64,000 nt of DNA from Geopsychrobacteraceae bacterium. Lineage in GTDB: Bacteria; Desulfobacterota; Desulfuromonadia; Desulfuromonadales; Geopsychrobacteraceae. This document shows, one piece after another, positions 11,019 to 20,907 of the stretch. The translations under genes were made by a program, and so were the position numbers. Under the pieces are notes generated by a model. That model saw only the letters and a program-made list of their open reading frames with translations. It did no database searches and was not told the origin of the DNA. The first letter of the stretch is position 1. Each line of letters opens with the position of its first letter. The DNA lies in assembly GCA_963676795.2 (NCBI GenBank), contig CAXXTB010000001.1:1088001-1152000 (forward strand), given 5' to 3'.

Positions 11019-12830
11019 GTGGCTAAGAAAACGATTCATATCATGAACACTGCGTTCCGTGATGGCTTTCAGTCCGTCTATGGTGCGCGCGTGTTGACCG
11101 AAGATTTTCTGCCGGCTGTCAAGGCCTGCGTCGAAGCAGGACAGACCCATTTTGAGGCTGGTGGCGGTGCCCGTTTTCAGGCACCGTTTTTTTATTGCAA
11201 CGAGTCGGCCTTTGACATGATGGACAAGTTCCGCGCGGCAGCAGGTCCGGATGCCGACCTGCAGACGTTATCCCGCGGCATCAACGTCGTCGGGCTCGAT
11301 TCCCAACCGCGTGATATTATCGATCTGCATGCCAAGATGTTTGCCAAGCATGGTATCACCACGATCCGCAATTTTGACGCGCTCAACGATGTCAATAACC
11401 TGATCGACTCGGCCAGGTCGATCAAGGCCCACGGTCTCAAGCATGAAGTCGTGGTCACCATGATGGAACTGCCACCCGGCTGTGAAGGGGCTCATACCGT
11501 CGAGTTTTACAAGAAGACCCTGCAGGCCATTCTTGATGCCGAGATTCCCTTCGACAGCGTTTGCTTCAAGGATGCGTCCGGAACCTCAGCACCACGCAAG
11601 GTCTATGACACGATCGCCATGGCCTGCAAGCTGTTGCCGGGGGATTGCAAGATCGTTTTTCACTCCCATGAAACGGCCGGTGTCGGCACCGTGGGCTATC
11701 TCGCTGCGATCAAGGCCGGTGCCGATCAGGTCGATTGCTCTATGGCCCCGGCCTCCGGCGGGACCTGTCAGCCTGACGTCTCGACCCTGTGGCATGCGCT
11801 GCGCGGTGAAGACTACGAGCTTGATATCGACATCGACAAGATGATGCACGCAGAAACGATCTTCAAGGAATGTATGATCGATTACATGCTCCCACCGGAG
11901 GCCAAGGCGGTCGAGCCGATGATTCCCTGGTCGCCGATGCCGGGAGGGGCGCTGACCGCCAACACCCAGATGATGCGCGATAACAATCTGATGAACAGAT
12001 ACGAAGATTGCATCAAGGCGATGGGGGAGGTGGTCCGGAGGGGTGGCTTCGGCACCTCGGTCACCCCGGTTTCCCAGTTTTATTTTCAGCAGGCCTTCAA
12101 TAACGTGATCTTCGGGCCCTGGGAAAAGATCGCCGAGGGGTACGGCAAGATGGTGCTCGGCTACTTCGGCAAAACACCGGTTCCCCCCGACCCTGAAATC
12201 GTCAGGATCGCCGCCGAGAAAATGGAGCTCGAGCCGACCACCGAGAATCCGGTCGATATCAACGATCGTGATCCGAGCAAGGGGGTCGCTGCGGCGAAGA
12301 AGCTGCTCAAGGACAACGATATTGAGAAATCGGACGAAAATATCTTTATTGCCGCGACCTGCAAGCAGAAGGGGATCGACTTCCTGCTCGGCAAGGCCGA
12401 AATCAACGGTGTGCGCAAGAAGGGGCTGACCAAGGAAGAAGAGAAGCCTGCGGCACCGGGGGGTGACGGATGCTATATGGTGAAAGTCGGCGGCCGGGAA
12501 TACGCGGTCGAGATGAAGGGGGATAAGGCCAGCGTCAACGGCCAGATCTATGACATCTCTATTTGTGACTGTGATAAGTCCTCCGCCGCGGGACAGGTTG
12601 CCCACGAATCGGTCGACTCTATCGAAGTCTCTGCGCCGATGAATGCCAAAATTATCAAGGTCAACTTTTCGGTGGGGGACCACGTGAATGAAGGGGATGT
12701 GATTTTTGTTGTTGAAGCGATGAAGATGGAATTCGACGTTAAGGCTTCCGCAGGCGGGACGCTCTCTTCTGTTGCCGTGAATGTCGGCGATCAGGTCGTA
12801 TCCGGCCAGGCGATGGCTTCGATCAACTAA
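11019..12830 (+). CDS. oadA: Oxaloacetate decarboxylase alpha subunit (carboxyltransferase plus biotin carrier)
   Basis: RDGFQS, FHSHET and PGG motifs; C-terminal EAMKM biotinylation motif. Confidence 0.9.
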   Translation: MAKKTIHIMNTAFRDGFQSVYGARVLTEDFLPAVKACVEAGQTHFEAGGGARFQAPFFYCNESAFDMMDKFRAAAGPDADLQTLSRGINVVGLDSQPRDIIDLHAKMFAKHGITTIRNFDALNDVNNLIDSARSIKAHGLKHEVVVTMMELPPGCEGAHTVEFYKKTLQAILDAEIPFDSVCFKDASGTSAPRKVYDTIAMACKLLPGDCKIVFHSHETAGVGTVGYLAAIKAGADQVDCSMAPASGGTCQPDVSTLWHALRGEDYELDIDIDKMMHAETIFKECMIDYMLPPEAKAVEPMIPWSPMPGGALTANTQMMRDNNLMNRYEDCIKAMGEVVRRGGFGTSVTPVSQFYFQQAFNNVIFGPWEKIAEGYGKMVLGYFGKTPVPPDPEIVRIAAEKMELEPTTENPVDINDRDPSKGVAAAKKLLKDNDIEKSDENIFIAATCKQKGIDFLLGKAEINGVRKKGLTKEEEKPAAPGGDGCYMVKVGGREYAVEMKGDKASVNGQIYDISICDCDKSSAAGQVAHESVDSIEVSAPMNAKIIKVNFSVGDHVNEGDVIFVVEAMKMEFDVKASAGGTLSSVAVNVGDQVVSGQAMASIN

Positions 12831-12858
12831 CCCGAACCACGAACGGAGAGTTTGTCAA

Positions 12859-14349
12859 ATGAAGAGATTGATAACCATCCTGCTTGTCGCCAGCGTTGTT
12901 CTGGGGAGCGTGGTTCTGGTCCAGGCCCAGGATGATTCAGGAATTGTCGAAAAGGATGCAACGGTCAGGCATCTGTCCATCGGTGGCGGCTTCCAGAAGC
13001 TTTGGAAAGAAACCGGAATCTACCGATTTATTCATCCTAAAACGGCAGAAGAAAAGGCCGTGGAATATCGCGCCATTCTGATCCAGACCGTCGACGCGGA
13101 GGTCTCCGCAGGACATTTTCAGGGTGCCATGGAGACGATCCATAAGGCTCATGGTGTCGATGATGAGTTGCTTGCTGAGCTGACCCAAAAGGTCGAGGCG
13201 GCCGAAGCCCGGGGTTTTGAGCCTTCGCGGCTGCTGCCGGAAGGGGCTGGGCAGTTCGTGATGATCCTGGTCGGCCTGCTGCTGATCTTTCTGGCCATCA
13301 AAAAAGGCTTCGAACCCCTGCTTTTGCTGCCGATCGGTTTCGGCGCAATCCTGACCAATATTCCGGTGGCGGGTATCGCCGATGGGCCGATCCTCGGCCA
13401 GGCCGGCGGTTTTCTCTATTACTTCTATATGGTCGGGGTGGAGTCAGGGGTCTTTCCGCTGCTTATCTTCATGGGGGTCGGAGCGATGACCGATTTCGGT
13501 CCGCTGCTGGCCAACCCGAAGACCGCGCTGCTCGGAGCGGCTGCCCAGTTCGGTATTTTCATCGCTCTGCTTGGTGCCCTGGCTCTGACCCACTGGTCTG
13601 GTGGACTGATCAGCTTTGATTTACGGGATGCCGCTTCGATCGGCATCATCGGCGGCGCTGACGGACCGACCTCGATCTTCCTGACTTCGCGGCTGTCACC
13701 CAACCTGCTGGGAGCGGTGGCCGTGGCCGCCTATTCCTACATGGCGCTGGTGCCGATTATTCAGCCGCCGATCATGCGCCTGTTTACGACCAAGGCGGAA
13801 CGCGCCATCACCATGAAGCAGCTGCGTCATGTTTCAAAGACCGAGAAGATCATCTTTCCGTTGATGGTGCTGATTATCTGTATATTGTTGCTGCCATCGG
13901 CCACGCCGCTGATCGGCATGCTGATGCTCGGCAACCTGATGAAGGAGAGTGCAGTGGTTGACCGGCTGTCGGATACGGCCCAGAATGCGCTGATCAATAT
14001 CGTCACCATCATGCTCGGCACGGCGGTCGGTTCCAAGCTGGCGGCTGACAAGTTCCTCAATGCCAACACCCTGGGAATTCTGGCCCTGGGGCTGATCGCC
14101 TTCTGTATCGGCACGGCTGCCGGTGTGCTGCTGGCCAAGTTGATGAACAAGCTGAGCAAGGAGCAGATCAACCCGTTGATCGGTTCTGCCGGCGTTTCTG
14201 CAGTACCGATGGCGGCCCGGGTTTCCAACAAGTTGGGGATGGAAGCGAATGCGCAGAATTTCCTGCTGATGCACGCCATGGGCCCGAACGTCGCCGGGGT
14301 CATCGGCTCCGCCGTGGCCGCCGGTGTGCTGCTGGCTCTTGTTGGTTAA
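12859..14349 (+). CDS. oadB: Na+-translocating decarboxylase beta subunit with N-terminal extension
   Basis: [45 protein letters not shown]; likely start at ATG 12859 after GGAG. Confidence 0.93.
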   Translation: MKRLITILLVASVVLGSVVLVQAQDDSGIVEKDATVRHLSIGGGFQKLWKETGIYRFIHPKTAEEKAVEYRAILIQTVDAEVSAGHFQGAMETIHKAHGVDDELLAELTQKVEAAEARGFEPSRLLPEGAGQFVMILVGLLLIFLAIKKGFEPLLLLPIGFGAILTNIPVAGIADGPILGQAGGFLYYFYMVGVESGVFPLLIFMGVGAMTDFGPLLANPKTALLGAAAQFGIFIALLGALALTHWSGGLISFDLRDAASIGIIGGADGPTSIFLTSRLSPNLLGAVAVAAYSYMALVPIIQPPIMRLFTTKAERAITMKQLRHVSKTEKIIFPLMVLIICILLLPSATPLIGMLMLGNLMKESAVVDRLSDTAQNALINIVTIMLGTAVGSKLAADKFLNANTLGILALGLIAFCIGTAAGVLLAKLMNKLSKEQINPLIGSAGVSAVPMAARVSNKLGMEANAQNFLLMHAMGPNVAGVIGSAVAAGVLLALVG

Positions 14350-14354
14350 TAGAT

Positions 14355-14398
14355 CAGCATGCAAGAGGGCCGCTGCAAGGCGGCCCTCTTGCATGCTG
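14355..14398. terminator. Long stem-loop after oadB
   Basis: CAGCATGCAAGAGGGCCGC-loop-GCGGCCCTCTTGCATGCTG perfect 19-bp stem; no T-tract. Confidence 0.6.
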
Positions 14399-14440
14399 GC
14401 AATATCCGGATTGTGTCGCAGTCAGTTTTAACCGGTTTCT

Positions 14441-14850
14441 GTCAAAACTCCGCACCGCGGAGTTTTTCCGGTTCTGCCCATTAGCTGGGCTTGTTCAGCG
14501 TGGGGCGCGCTGTCAGTTTCTGGTGTAAACCTATGAAGAGATGAAGGCTGGAACGACATATATAAAAAGGATCTTTTGGTTCCTTTTGGAGCCCAGCCAA
14601 AGGGAACTCGGCGTGCGGGGCCGAGACCCCGTGGTCTTGGTTTTCGACTGCTTTGGAAGTCATACAATCAAAATCTCCGGTTCTCGCACCGGCAGGCGAC
14701 ACACTTTTCTTTGATCGCAAAGAAAAGTGTGCAAAAGAAACTTTAGAAAAACACTGACGTAAATTGGTTGCTTAGTTCCGTAGCGGTTCATCCCGGCACA
14801 ACGGAACGCGCCCTGAGATGAGCAAGCTCATCAACGGGCAGAACCGAATT
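14441..14850 (-). repeat. Palindromic multi-hairpin intergenic repeat, copy 1
   Basis: Reverse complement shares CCGGTGCGAGAACCGG, GGGGTCTCGGCCCCG and AACTGACAGCGCGCCCCACG...TAATGGGCAGAACCG blocks with 49150-49602 and 59508-59970; 11-bp inverted ends CGGTTCTGCCC (14469) and GGGCAGAACCG (14836). Confidence 0.88.
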
Positions 14851-14871
14851 ATGATTAACTGATTTCCTTAA

Positions 14872-16557
14872 TTACCTGTCCACAACCTCCATCTTCGAAA
14901 ACCTGTTCCCCAGGATCACCGCCAGAACGACCAGCAGCGACGAGATGAAAATCATGATGATCCCCAGTGCCGACAGCCTGCCCCACAGCCCGTCTTCGGC
15001 AAAGCGCAGGATCTGGACGGCGAGAACCTCGGTGCCGGGGCGAGAGAGGACGACCGAGAGGGTCAGCTCGCGCAGGAACATGCTCGCCATCAGGATCCAG
15101 CCGGAAACGATACCGGGGATGAGCAGCGGAATGATGATCCGGCGCAGGGTGTAGAAGGGACTGCCGCCGCAGACCCGCGACGATTCCTCCAGGGTGCTGT
15201 GAATCTGGATAAAAGCGCTGGAGAGCGGGCGGATGCCGTATGGCAGGTAGGTGGCGATGTAGCCGATCAGCAGTGCCGTCAGGGTGCCGTAGAGCGGGGT
15301 GCGGACAAAGAACCACATGAAGCCGACACCGATGACGATACCGGGAAAGGAGAAGGAAAGAAAGCTGAGCGATTCAAGGAACCCGGACGCCTTGGTGCGG
15401 ATCTTGACGATGACATAGGAGACGAAGATTGACAGGATCGTCCCCAGTGTTGCGCCGACCACGCCCAGATACAGGCTGTTCTTCAGCGAGAGCAGGGAGA
15501 TCGGATCCTTGAGAACATCGATCCAGTTATTCCAGCTCATCAGCGAGAAGGCGCGGGCGCTTGGCGGCATCGAGTAGGGGAGCATGGAGATGTAGAACAG
15601 GACCAGCACCGGCAGCAGGATAAGGATAAAGGAGAGAATGCCGACGATGACGAGCAGCGGGTATTTCCCCTTCTTCAGTTTCAGCAGGGTCGGCTTGAAG
15701 CCGCGACTGGAGATGGTGACAAACTTGCCACTTTCCGCAGTCAGATAGCGGTAGACATAGATCAGGGTGATCGAGGCGACGAGGGCGCTCATGCCGATCG
15801 CCGCGGCGAGACCGTAGTCGGCGGCGAAACCGCTCGAGATGTTGCGGTAGATATGGGTGGAAAGGACGTAGATCCGTCCCGGCATGCCGAGTACCGAAGG
15901 AACGGCGAAGGAGGCCAGGCTTCTGACGATGACCAGGATCGCCGAGGCGAGGATCGCCGGGCGCAGTACCGGCAGGGTGACCTTGAACAGAGTGCGCAGG
16001 TTGGAGGCGCCGCAGACCTTTGACGATTCCTCCAGCGAAACGTCAAAGGCGCTCATCGCCGGGGCGATGATCAGGTAGGCGATCGGCAGGTCGAGCAGCC
16101 CCTCGACAAGGATCATCCCTTTGAGTGAGTAGATGTTGAACAGCGCATGGCGGACCTCGAAGAGGTTCATGAACAGGCGGTTGATGATGCCGTTGCTCGG
16201 ATTGAGCAGCAGGACCCAGCTGGCGGAAAAGAGGATGTGGGGGATCATCATCGGGATGATCGAGATGATCTTGAAGATGAACTTGAACGGCAGGTCGGTG
16301 CGGGTGTTGACGTAGGCCAGAAACAGGGCGAGCAGGGTTGCGTGGAGTGCCGATCCGACGGTGAAGATCACCGTGTTGACCAGGATATCGGCGAAATCGG
16401 AGTCGCTGTAGGCGGCGACATACTTGCTCGTGGTGAACTGGCCGAAGCTGACGAAATCCTTTGAAAAACTGCCGAGCAGCAGCATGACGACCGGACACAG
16501 GGTCAAAAAGCCAACGATGATGATCAAGGTTGTGGTCAGGGTCGGTTTTTTGAACAT
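14872..16557 (-). CDS. ABC transporter permease with two TM domains (FbpB/ThiP family)
   Basis: Two EAA-type loops (SLEESSKVCGAS, TLEESSRVCGGS); about 12 TM segments. Confidence 0.9.
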   Translation of the reverse strand: MFKKPTLTTTLIIIVGFLTLCPVVMLLLGSFSKDFVSFGQFTTSKYVAAYSDSDFADILVNTVIFTVGSALHATLLALFLAYVNTRTDLPFKFIFKIISIIPMMIPHILFSASWVLLLNPSNGIINRLFMNLFEVRHALFNIYSLKGMILVEGLLDLPIAYLIIAPAMSAFDVSLEESSKVCGASNLRTLFKVTLPVLRPAILASAILVIVRSLASFAVPSVLGMPGRIYVLSTHIYRNISSGFAADYGLAAAIGMSALVASITLIYVYRYLTAESGKFVTISSRGFKPTLLKLKKGKYPLLVIVGILSFILILLPVLVLFYISMLPYSMPPSARAFSLMSWNNWIDVLKDPISLLSLKNSLYLGVVGATLGTILSIFVSYVIVKIRTKASGFLESLSFLSFSFPGIVIGVGFMWFFVRTPLYGTLTALLIGYIATYLPYGIRPLSSAFIQIHSTLEESSRVCGGSPFYTLRRIIIPLLIPGIVSGWILMASMFLRELTLSVVLSRPGTEVLAVQILRFAEDGLWGRLSALGIIMIFISSLLVVLAVILGNRFSKMEVVDR

Positions 16558-16565
16558 ACGCGGAC

Positions 16566-17651
16566 CTATGATTCCAGCAGGAAGCAGTGGTCAGGGTCGA
16601 AGGAGACGCAAATTTCATCCCCTTCTCGAAAATCCGCGGTCGGTTCGACGGTCGTGGTCAGGACTGTTTCGCCGATACGGATCTCCCCTTCGTAGGCTTC
16701 GCCGATGAATACCAGTGTTTCCACCCGGCCGCTGTAGCTGTTCTGTTGCTTTTTCAACTCCTGGCTCAGGCGGATGAACTCAGGGCGCACGCAGAGAAAC
16801 GCCTCCTGTCCCGCCTGCAACTGTTGGCTGTTCAGGGCACGGACGACTCCGATATCCGAGTCGAACAGTGCATGGTCGCCGTCGAGCTCTTTGATCTTGC
16901 CCCTGATCAGGTTGGCGCGGCCGATAAAATCGGCGACGAACTGACTGTCCGAATTGAAGTAGATCTTCTGCGGCTCGCCGATTTCAACGATCTTGCCGGC
17001 GCGCATGACTGCGATCTGGTCGGACAGGGCCAACGCCTCGATCCGGTCGTGGGTGACGTAGATAGCGGTGATCTGCAGCTCGGTGAGGAAGCTGCGCAGC
17101 TCCTTGCGGGTCTCTTCGCGCAGCTTGGCGTCAAGATTACTTAAGGGTTCGTCAAAGAGGATGACCTTGGGTTCCGCGACCAGGGCGCGGGCCAGCGCTA
17201 CGCGCTGCTGCTGACCGCCACTCAGCTTGGTTGCCGGGCGCTTCTCGAAACCGCTCAGTTGGACGAAATCCAGGACTTGAGCCACCTTGCGACGGATTTC
17301 CTCCCTGGAAAGCTTCCGGGTCTGCAGCGGGTAGGCGACGTTGTCGAAAACGTTCATGTGCGGCCAGATGGCGTAGGTCTGAAAGACCATGCCGAGGCCC
17401 CGCCGTTCCGGTGGGATGTAGATGTTCTTTTCTTTTGACCAGACCAGCTCGTCACCGATATAGATCTCGCCGCCATCGGGAGCCTCTAGACCGACGATGC
17501 AGCGCAGCAGCGTGGTCTTGCCACAACCGCTGGGGCCGAGCAGCGTGAAAATGCGATTTCCGGGGATGGTCAGGTCGACATGATCAAGTGCCCTGATCTG
17601 TTTCCCTTCGGAGTAATAGGTTCTCACCAGATCATGTATGCGGATGTCCAT
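16566..17651 (-). CDS. ABC transporter ATP-binding protein (FbpC/PotA family, TOBE domain)
   Basis: GPSGCGKT Walker A, LSGGQQQR signature, DEPLSNLD. Confidence 0.95.
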   Translation of the reverse strand: MDIRIHDLVRTYYSEGKQIRALDHVDLTIPGNRIFTLLGPSGCGKTTLLRCIVGLEAPDGGEIYIGDELVWSKEKNIYIPPERRGLGMVFQTYAIWPHMNVFDNVAYPLQTRKLSREEIRRKVAQVLDFVQLSGFEKRPATKLSGGQQQRVALARALVAEPKVILFDEPLSNLDAKLREETRKELRSFLTELQITAIYVTHDRIEALALSDQIAVMRAGKIVEIGEPQKIYFNSDSQFVADFIGRANLIRGKIKELDGDHALFDSDIGVVRALNSQQLQAGQEAFLCVRPEFIRLSQELKKQQNSYSGRVETLVFIGEAYEGEIRIGETVLTTTVEPTADFREGDEICVSFDPDHCFLLES

Positions 17652-17724
17652 AAAACCTCAATAATACGGTCGGAGCCGAAGCGATGGCTCCGACCGAAAT
17701 CAGGTTCTCAAAAAATAAGGCGGA

Positions 17725-18699
17725 TCAATAGAAGATCTTCTGGAACTCATCGCCCCAGTGCTTGATCTCATCATCCGAGAGTTCGCGGATCGGCAGAACC
17801 TTGACCTTATCGATGCCGGCGATCGGCGGATAGACGCCGGGAGTCAGGACATATTCACCGACCTGGTCAGCGAGCAGTTGCATGGCCTGTTTGCTCAGCC
17901 AGTAATCGACGAATTTTCTGGCACCGTCCGGGTTGGGAGCCTTGGCCGCCACAGCCATGGCTCGGGTCGTGCCGAACAGGGTGTCAACCCGGGCCCAGTC
18001 GAGAGGAGCCGGGGCCTTGGTGATGATGTATTTCGGCATGGAAATGCCGATCAGCTTTTCACCGCTTTCGATCGGTGCCGGAGAGGGGCCAAACGATTTG
18101 ACGAACATCGGCTTGTTGGCAGCGAGGCCCTTGAGGAACTTCATCCAGCCGTCGTCATCGCCGAAAATCCCGGCTTCTTTGAGGCCGACCAGCCAGGAGA
18201 TGGTTGTTGCATGCGAGGCGGGGTCGGGCATGACGATCTTGTCGAACCATTTCGGATCGGTCAGATCCATGTAGCTTTTGGGTACGTCCTCAGGTTTGAC
18301 CAGTTCTTTGTTGTAGATGGGAGCGACATATTCGATACCGAACTGGATGATCGTATCGTCTTCATTGGCCCAGGCCGGGTAGCCAGCGGCTGAAGGAGAT
18401 CTGTAAGGGGTCAGCACGCCCTTTTCCTTGAGCATCTGGAGTATCGGCAAAGGACCCTGGAGAACGTCGGCCTGAAGTTTTCCGGCAGAAAATTCGGTCA
18501 GAACCGTGGCCAGGTATTTGGCAGTCGAGATCCGGGTATAGATACCCTCTTCGGCACTCTGACCGGCATTGAAGTCGGCCATGATCGGTTCAATAGCTGT
18601 GATATTGGCGTAGAGGTTGACTTTTTCCGCGGCCGCTAGCGTTGAACACAGGCCGCCAAGCAGGGTGAGACCAAGCAGCAGAACAACAATCTTCTTCAT
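17725..18699 (-). CDS. ABC transporter periplasmic substrate-binding protein (FbpA/AfuA-like cluster)
   Basis: Signal peptide; YNKELV..PKSYMDLTDPKW and APNPDGARKFVDYWLS motifs. Confidence 0.87.
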   Translation of the reverse strand: MKKIVVLLLGLTLLGGLCSTLAAAEKVNLYANITAIEPIMADFNAGQSAEEGIYTRISTAKYLATVLTEFSAGKLQADVLQGPLPILQMLKEKGVLTPYRSPSAAGYPAWANEDDTIIQFGIEYVAPIYNKELVKPEDVPKSYMDLTDPKWFDKIVMPDPASHATTISWLVGLKEAGIFGDDDGWMKFLKGLAANKPMFVKSFGPSPAPIESGEKLIGISMPKYIITKAPAPLDWARVDTLFGTTRAMAVAAKAPNPDGARKFVDYWLSKQAMQLLADQVGEYVLTPGVYPPIAGIDKVKVLPIRELSDDEIKHWGDEFQKIFY

Positions 18700-18866
18700 A
18701 ACGAATCTCCTTTCTTGAGACCTGATATGCTGTCAGTCGGGTTCAGAAGCTGTTCGTAGCAAGGTGAAATCAAAGCAGATACATATTTATTGAATAATTG
18801 TGCGTCAAATTTAGTTTAACAGGAATTCGGTGGGGCGTATTTGTTGGCGGAATATTTTTGAAAAGA

Positions 18867-18899
18867 AAAAGGGGTTACGTTGAAAAACGTAACCCCTTG
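18867..18899 (-). terminator. Intrinsic terminator of tRNA-Phe
   Basis: AAGGGGTTACGTT-loop-AACGTAACCCCTT with a T-run on the minus strand. Confidence 0.75.
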
Positions 18900-18907
18900 A
18901 TTTCTTA

Positions 18908-18983
18908 TGGTGCCCAGAGACAGAATCGAACTGCCGACACGAGGATTTTCAATCCTCTGCTCTACCGACTGAGCTATCTGGGC
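18908..18983 (-). tRNA. tRNA-Phe (GAA)
   Basis: 76 nt GCCCAGATAGCTCAGTCGGTAGAGCAGAGGATTGAAAATCCTC...GTTCGATTC...GGGCACCA cloverleaf with encoded CCA. Confidence 0.98.
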
Positions 18984-18995
18984 GAAGCGAAGGTG

Positions 18996-19024
18996 GTTAT
19001 AACGAAAGCGTCAGTGAGAGTCAA
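18996..19024 (-). promoter_or_regulatory. Sigma70 promoter of tRNA-Phe
   Basis: Minus strand TTGACT-N17-TATAAC, 12 bp upstream of the tRNA. Confidence 0.8.
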
Positions 19025-19116
19025 GAAAAATTGCGAAGTTTTTTTTGAACTTTTTTTTCTTGCTTAAACGTGGACTGCTTGTGTAAGCTCCACCGCAACG
19101 AAAGGGATTATTCATT

Positions 19117-19200
19117 ATGTTGTTCAACGCTTCTTACTTTAGCTTTTATTTTTGGTTTTTTGGCTTTTTTAAGCCGTCTGCCAGGGGTGAGGGTGCGTAA
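19117..19200 (+). CDS. Aromatic amino acid-rich attenuator leader peptide (27 aa) of aroF
   Basis: MLFNASYFSFYFWFFGFFKPSARGEGA: 8 Phe, 2 Tyr, 1 Trp; AAGGGA upstream; followed by alternative hairpins and the DAHP synthase gene. Confidence 0.85.
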   Translation: MLFNASYFSFYFWFFGFFKPSARGEGA

Positions 19201-19225
19201 GAGCTAGTAACGACACTTAGTATAT

Positions 19226-19267
19226 AAACCATGGCAGAACGGCAAACCGCTTCTTCCATGGTTTTTT
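19226..19267 (+). terminator. Attenuator terminator upstream of aroF
   Basis: AAACCATGG-C-AGAA-CGG-caaa-CCG-C-TTCT-T-CCATGGTTT then TTT; the 5' arm can instead pair with leader segment GCCGTCTGCCA (19173-19183). Confidence 0.82.
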
Positions 19268-19361
19268 CATTTTCAGGATCATCGAAAAAAAAATGATAAG
19301 GCCGCCGGAAGAACCGGGGGCCTTTTGCCTTTCCTTAACCAAGATGAAAGGGATAAATACG

Positions 19362-20387
19362 ATGATTATTGTCATGAAGAAGGGGGCCAGTCAGGCCGAG
19401 CTGAGTGCGGTTTCAAAGAAGATCATTGAACTGGGCTATCAGCCGCACATTATTCACGGTGAGACCCGCAACGTCGTCGGTGCGGTTGGCGAAGAGCGTG
19501 GTAAGGAAAAGCTGACGATTCTTGAGTCGATGCCGGGTGTTGAGAACGTTGTCCCGATTCTCAAGCCTTACAAGCTGGCCAGCCGGGAGGTGCAGCCGGA
19601 ACCGTCCGCCGTGGAGATCGTTCCGGGGCTGGCCATCGGTGGCAAGGAGTTCATCGTCGTTGGTGGCCCCTGTGCCGTTGAAAGCCATGACCAGATCTGC
19701 GAAACTGCGCTGGCGGTCAAGGAAGGCGGTGCCAGGTTGTTGCGTGGGGGTGCCTATAAACCGCGGACCAGTCCGTATTCTTTCCAGGGGATGGAAGAAG
19801 AGGGGCTGAAGCTGCTTGCCGAGGCCCGCGATATTACCGGCCTGCCGATTGTGACCGAGGTCGTCAACCCGCGCGATGTTGAAACCGTTGCCAAGTATGC
19901 CGATATAATGCAGGTCGGCGCACGCAATACCCAGAACTTTGCGCTGCTGAAACTGCTCGGCCAGGTTGACAAGCCGATTCTGCTCAAGCGCGGCATGGCG
20001 ACAACGATTCAGGAATTTCTGATGAGTGCCGAATATATTCTCTCTGAAGGGAACCGTCGTGTTATTCTCTGTGAGCGCGGCATCCGGACCTTTGAAACGG
20101 CAACCCGTAATACCCTGGATATCTCGGCTGTACCGGTCCTCAAGCAGCAGACCCACCTGCCGGTCATGATCGATCCGTCTCATGCGACAGGTCACGCGCA
20201 TCTTGTCCCTTCGATGTGTTATGCGGCCGCGGCGGCGGGTGCCGATGGTCTGCTGGTAGAGGTCCATCCTTGCCCTGAAAAGGCTGCAAGTGACGGCCCT
20301 CAATCTCTGCGGCCGGAAGAGTTCCGTGCCATGATGAAAAAACTGAAACTGTTTGTCGAGGCCGCCGATCGGGAGCTGGCCCTGTGA
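19362..20387 (+). CDS. aroF: DAHP synthase, class I-beta with N-terminal ACT-like regulatory domain
   Basis: [40 protein letters not shown]; start MIIVMK at 19362. Confidence 0.95.
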   Translation: MIIVMKKGASQAELSAVSKKIIELGYQPHIIHGETRNVVGAVGEERGKEKLTILESMPGVENVVPILKPYKLASREVQPEPSAVEIVPGLAIGGKEFIVVGGPCAVESHDQICETALAVKEGGARLLRGGAYKPRTSPYSFQGMEEEGLKLLAEARDITGLPIVTEVVNPRDVETVAKYADIMQVGARNTQNFALLKLLGQVDKPILLKRGMATTIQEFLMSAEYILSEGNRRVILCERGIRTFETATRNTLDISAVPVLKQQTHLPVMIDPSHATGHAHLVPSMCYAAAAAGADGLLVEVHPCPEKAASDGPQSLRPEEFRAMMKKLKLFVEAADRELAL

Positions 20388-20572
20388 TACTACTTGAGTC
20401 AGTGAGTGGGCGGCGGAAAAGAAGTGCAAGGGCTTGTCGTGAATGAGCTATCAAAAAATGTGAGTCGCACCCAAAGGTTCGGCGGTCATTTTTTGATAAC
20501 TCAGGTGCGGCAATGACTTGTGCTTATAGTCGCTGATCCACGCATTGATTCAGGTACTAAAAAGAGGTGTTT

Positions 20573-20860
20573 ATGTATTTTGTCCCCCTGTCGCAGCTCG
20601 AGAGTGTCGAGCTGCTCGTCCACAGCCTCAAGGCTGCTGCTGGAGAGGCGGACTGTAAGATGTGTCCGGCTTATAAGGTCTGCATGAAGCAGTGCCTGAC
20701 GATTGCCGATTCTGTCGGGCAGATGCTGCAGAATGGAACCTTGCCTTATATCGGTGGTGATGCTGCCGGGACTCTGGCTCCTGGTCCGGAACCGGAGCAT
20801 GAGCCGGAACCGCCGGGCGGGGGTGCATCAGGAGGATCACACCTGAAAATAGTCAAATAG
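20573..20860 (+). CDS. Small Cys-motif protein with Pro/Gly linker and C-terminal HLKIVK
   Basis: AAGAGG RBS; CKMCPAYKVCMKQC cluster; fills the gap between aroF and serC. Confidence 0.65.
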   Translation: MYFVPLSQLESVELLVHSLKAAAGEADCKMCPAYKVCMKQCLTIADSVGQMLQNGTLPYIGGDAAGTLAPGPEPEHEPEPPGGGASGGSHLKIVK

Positions 20861-20907
20861 GTTGACGGTAAGGATAATATTTAGCGATCGATAGAGGTTG
20901 GTGACAG

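Noticed and set aside
14428..14720. Short ORFs sharing peptides (SPAGARTG, LMGRTG) with ORFs at 49544 and 59700-59970
   Set aside because: Frames and stops differ between copies; the similarity comes from the non-coding repeat.
18700..18860. Fur box supporting iron as the ABC transporter substrate
   Set aside because: Only an AT-rich dyad TTATTGAATAA with a poor Fur consensus match; substrate left unassigned.
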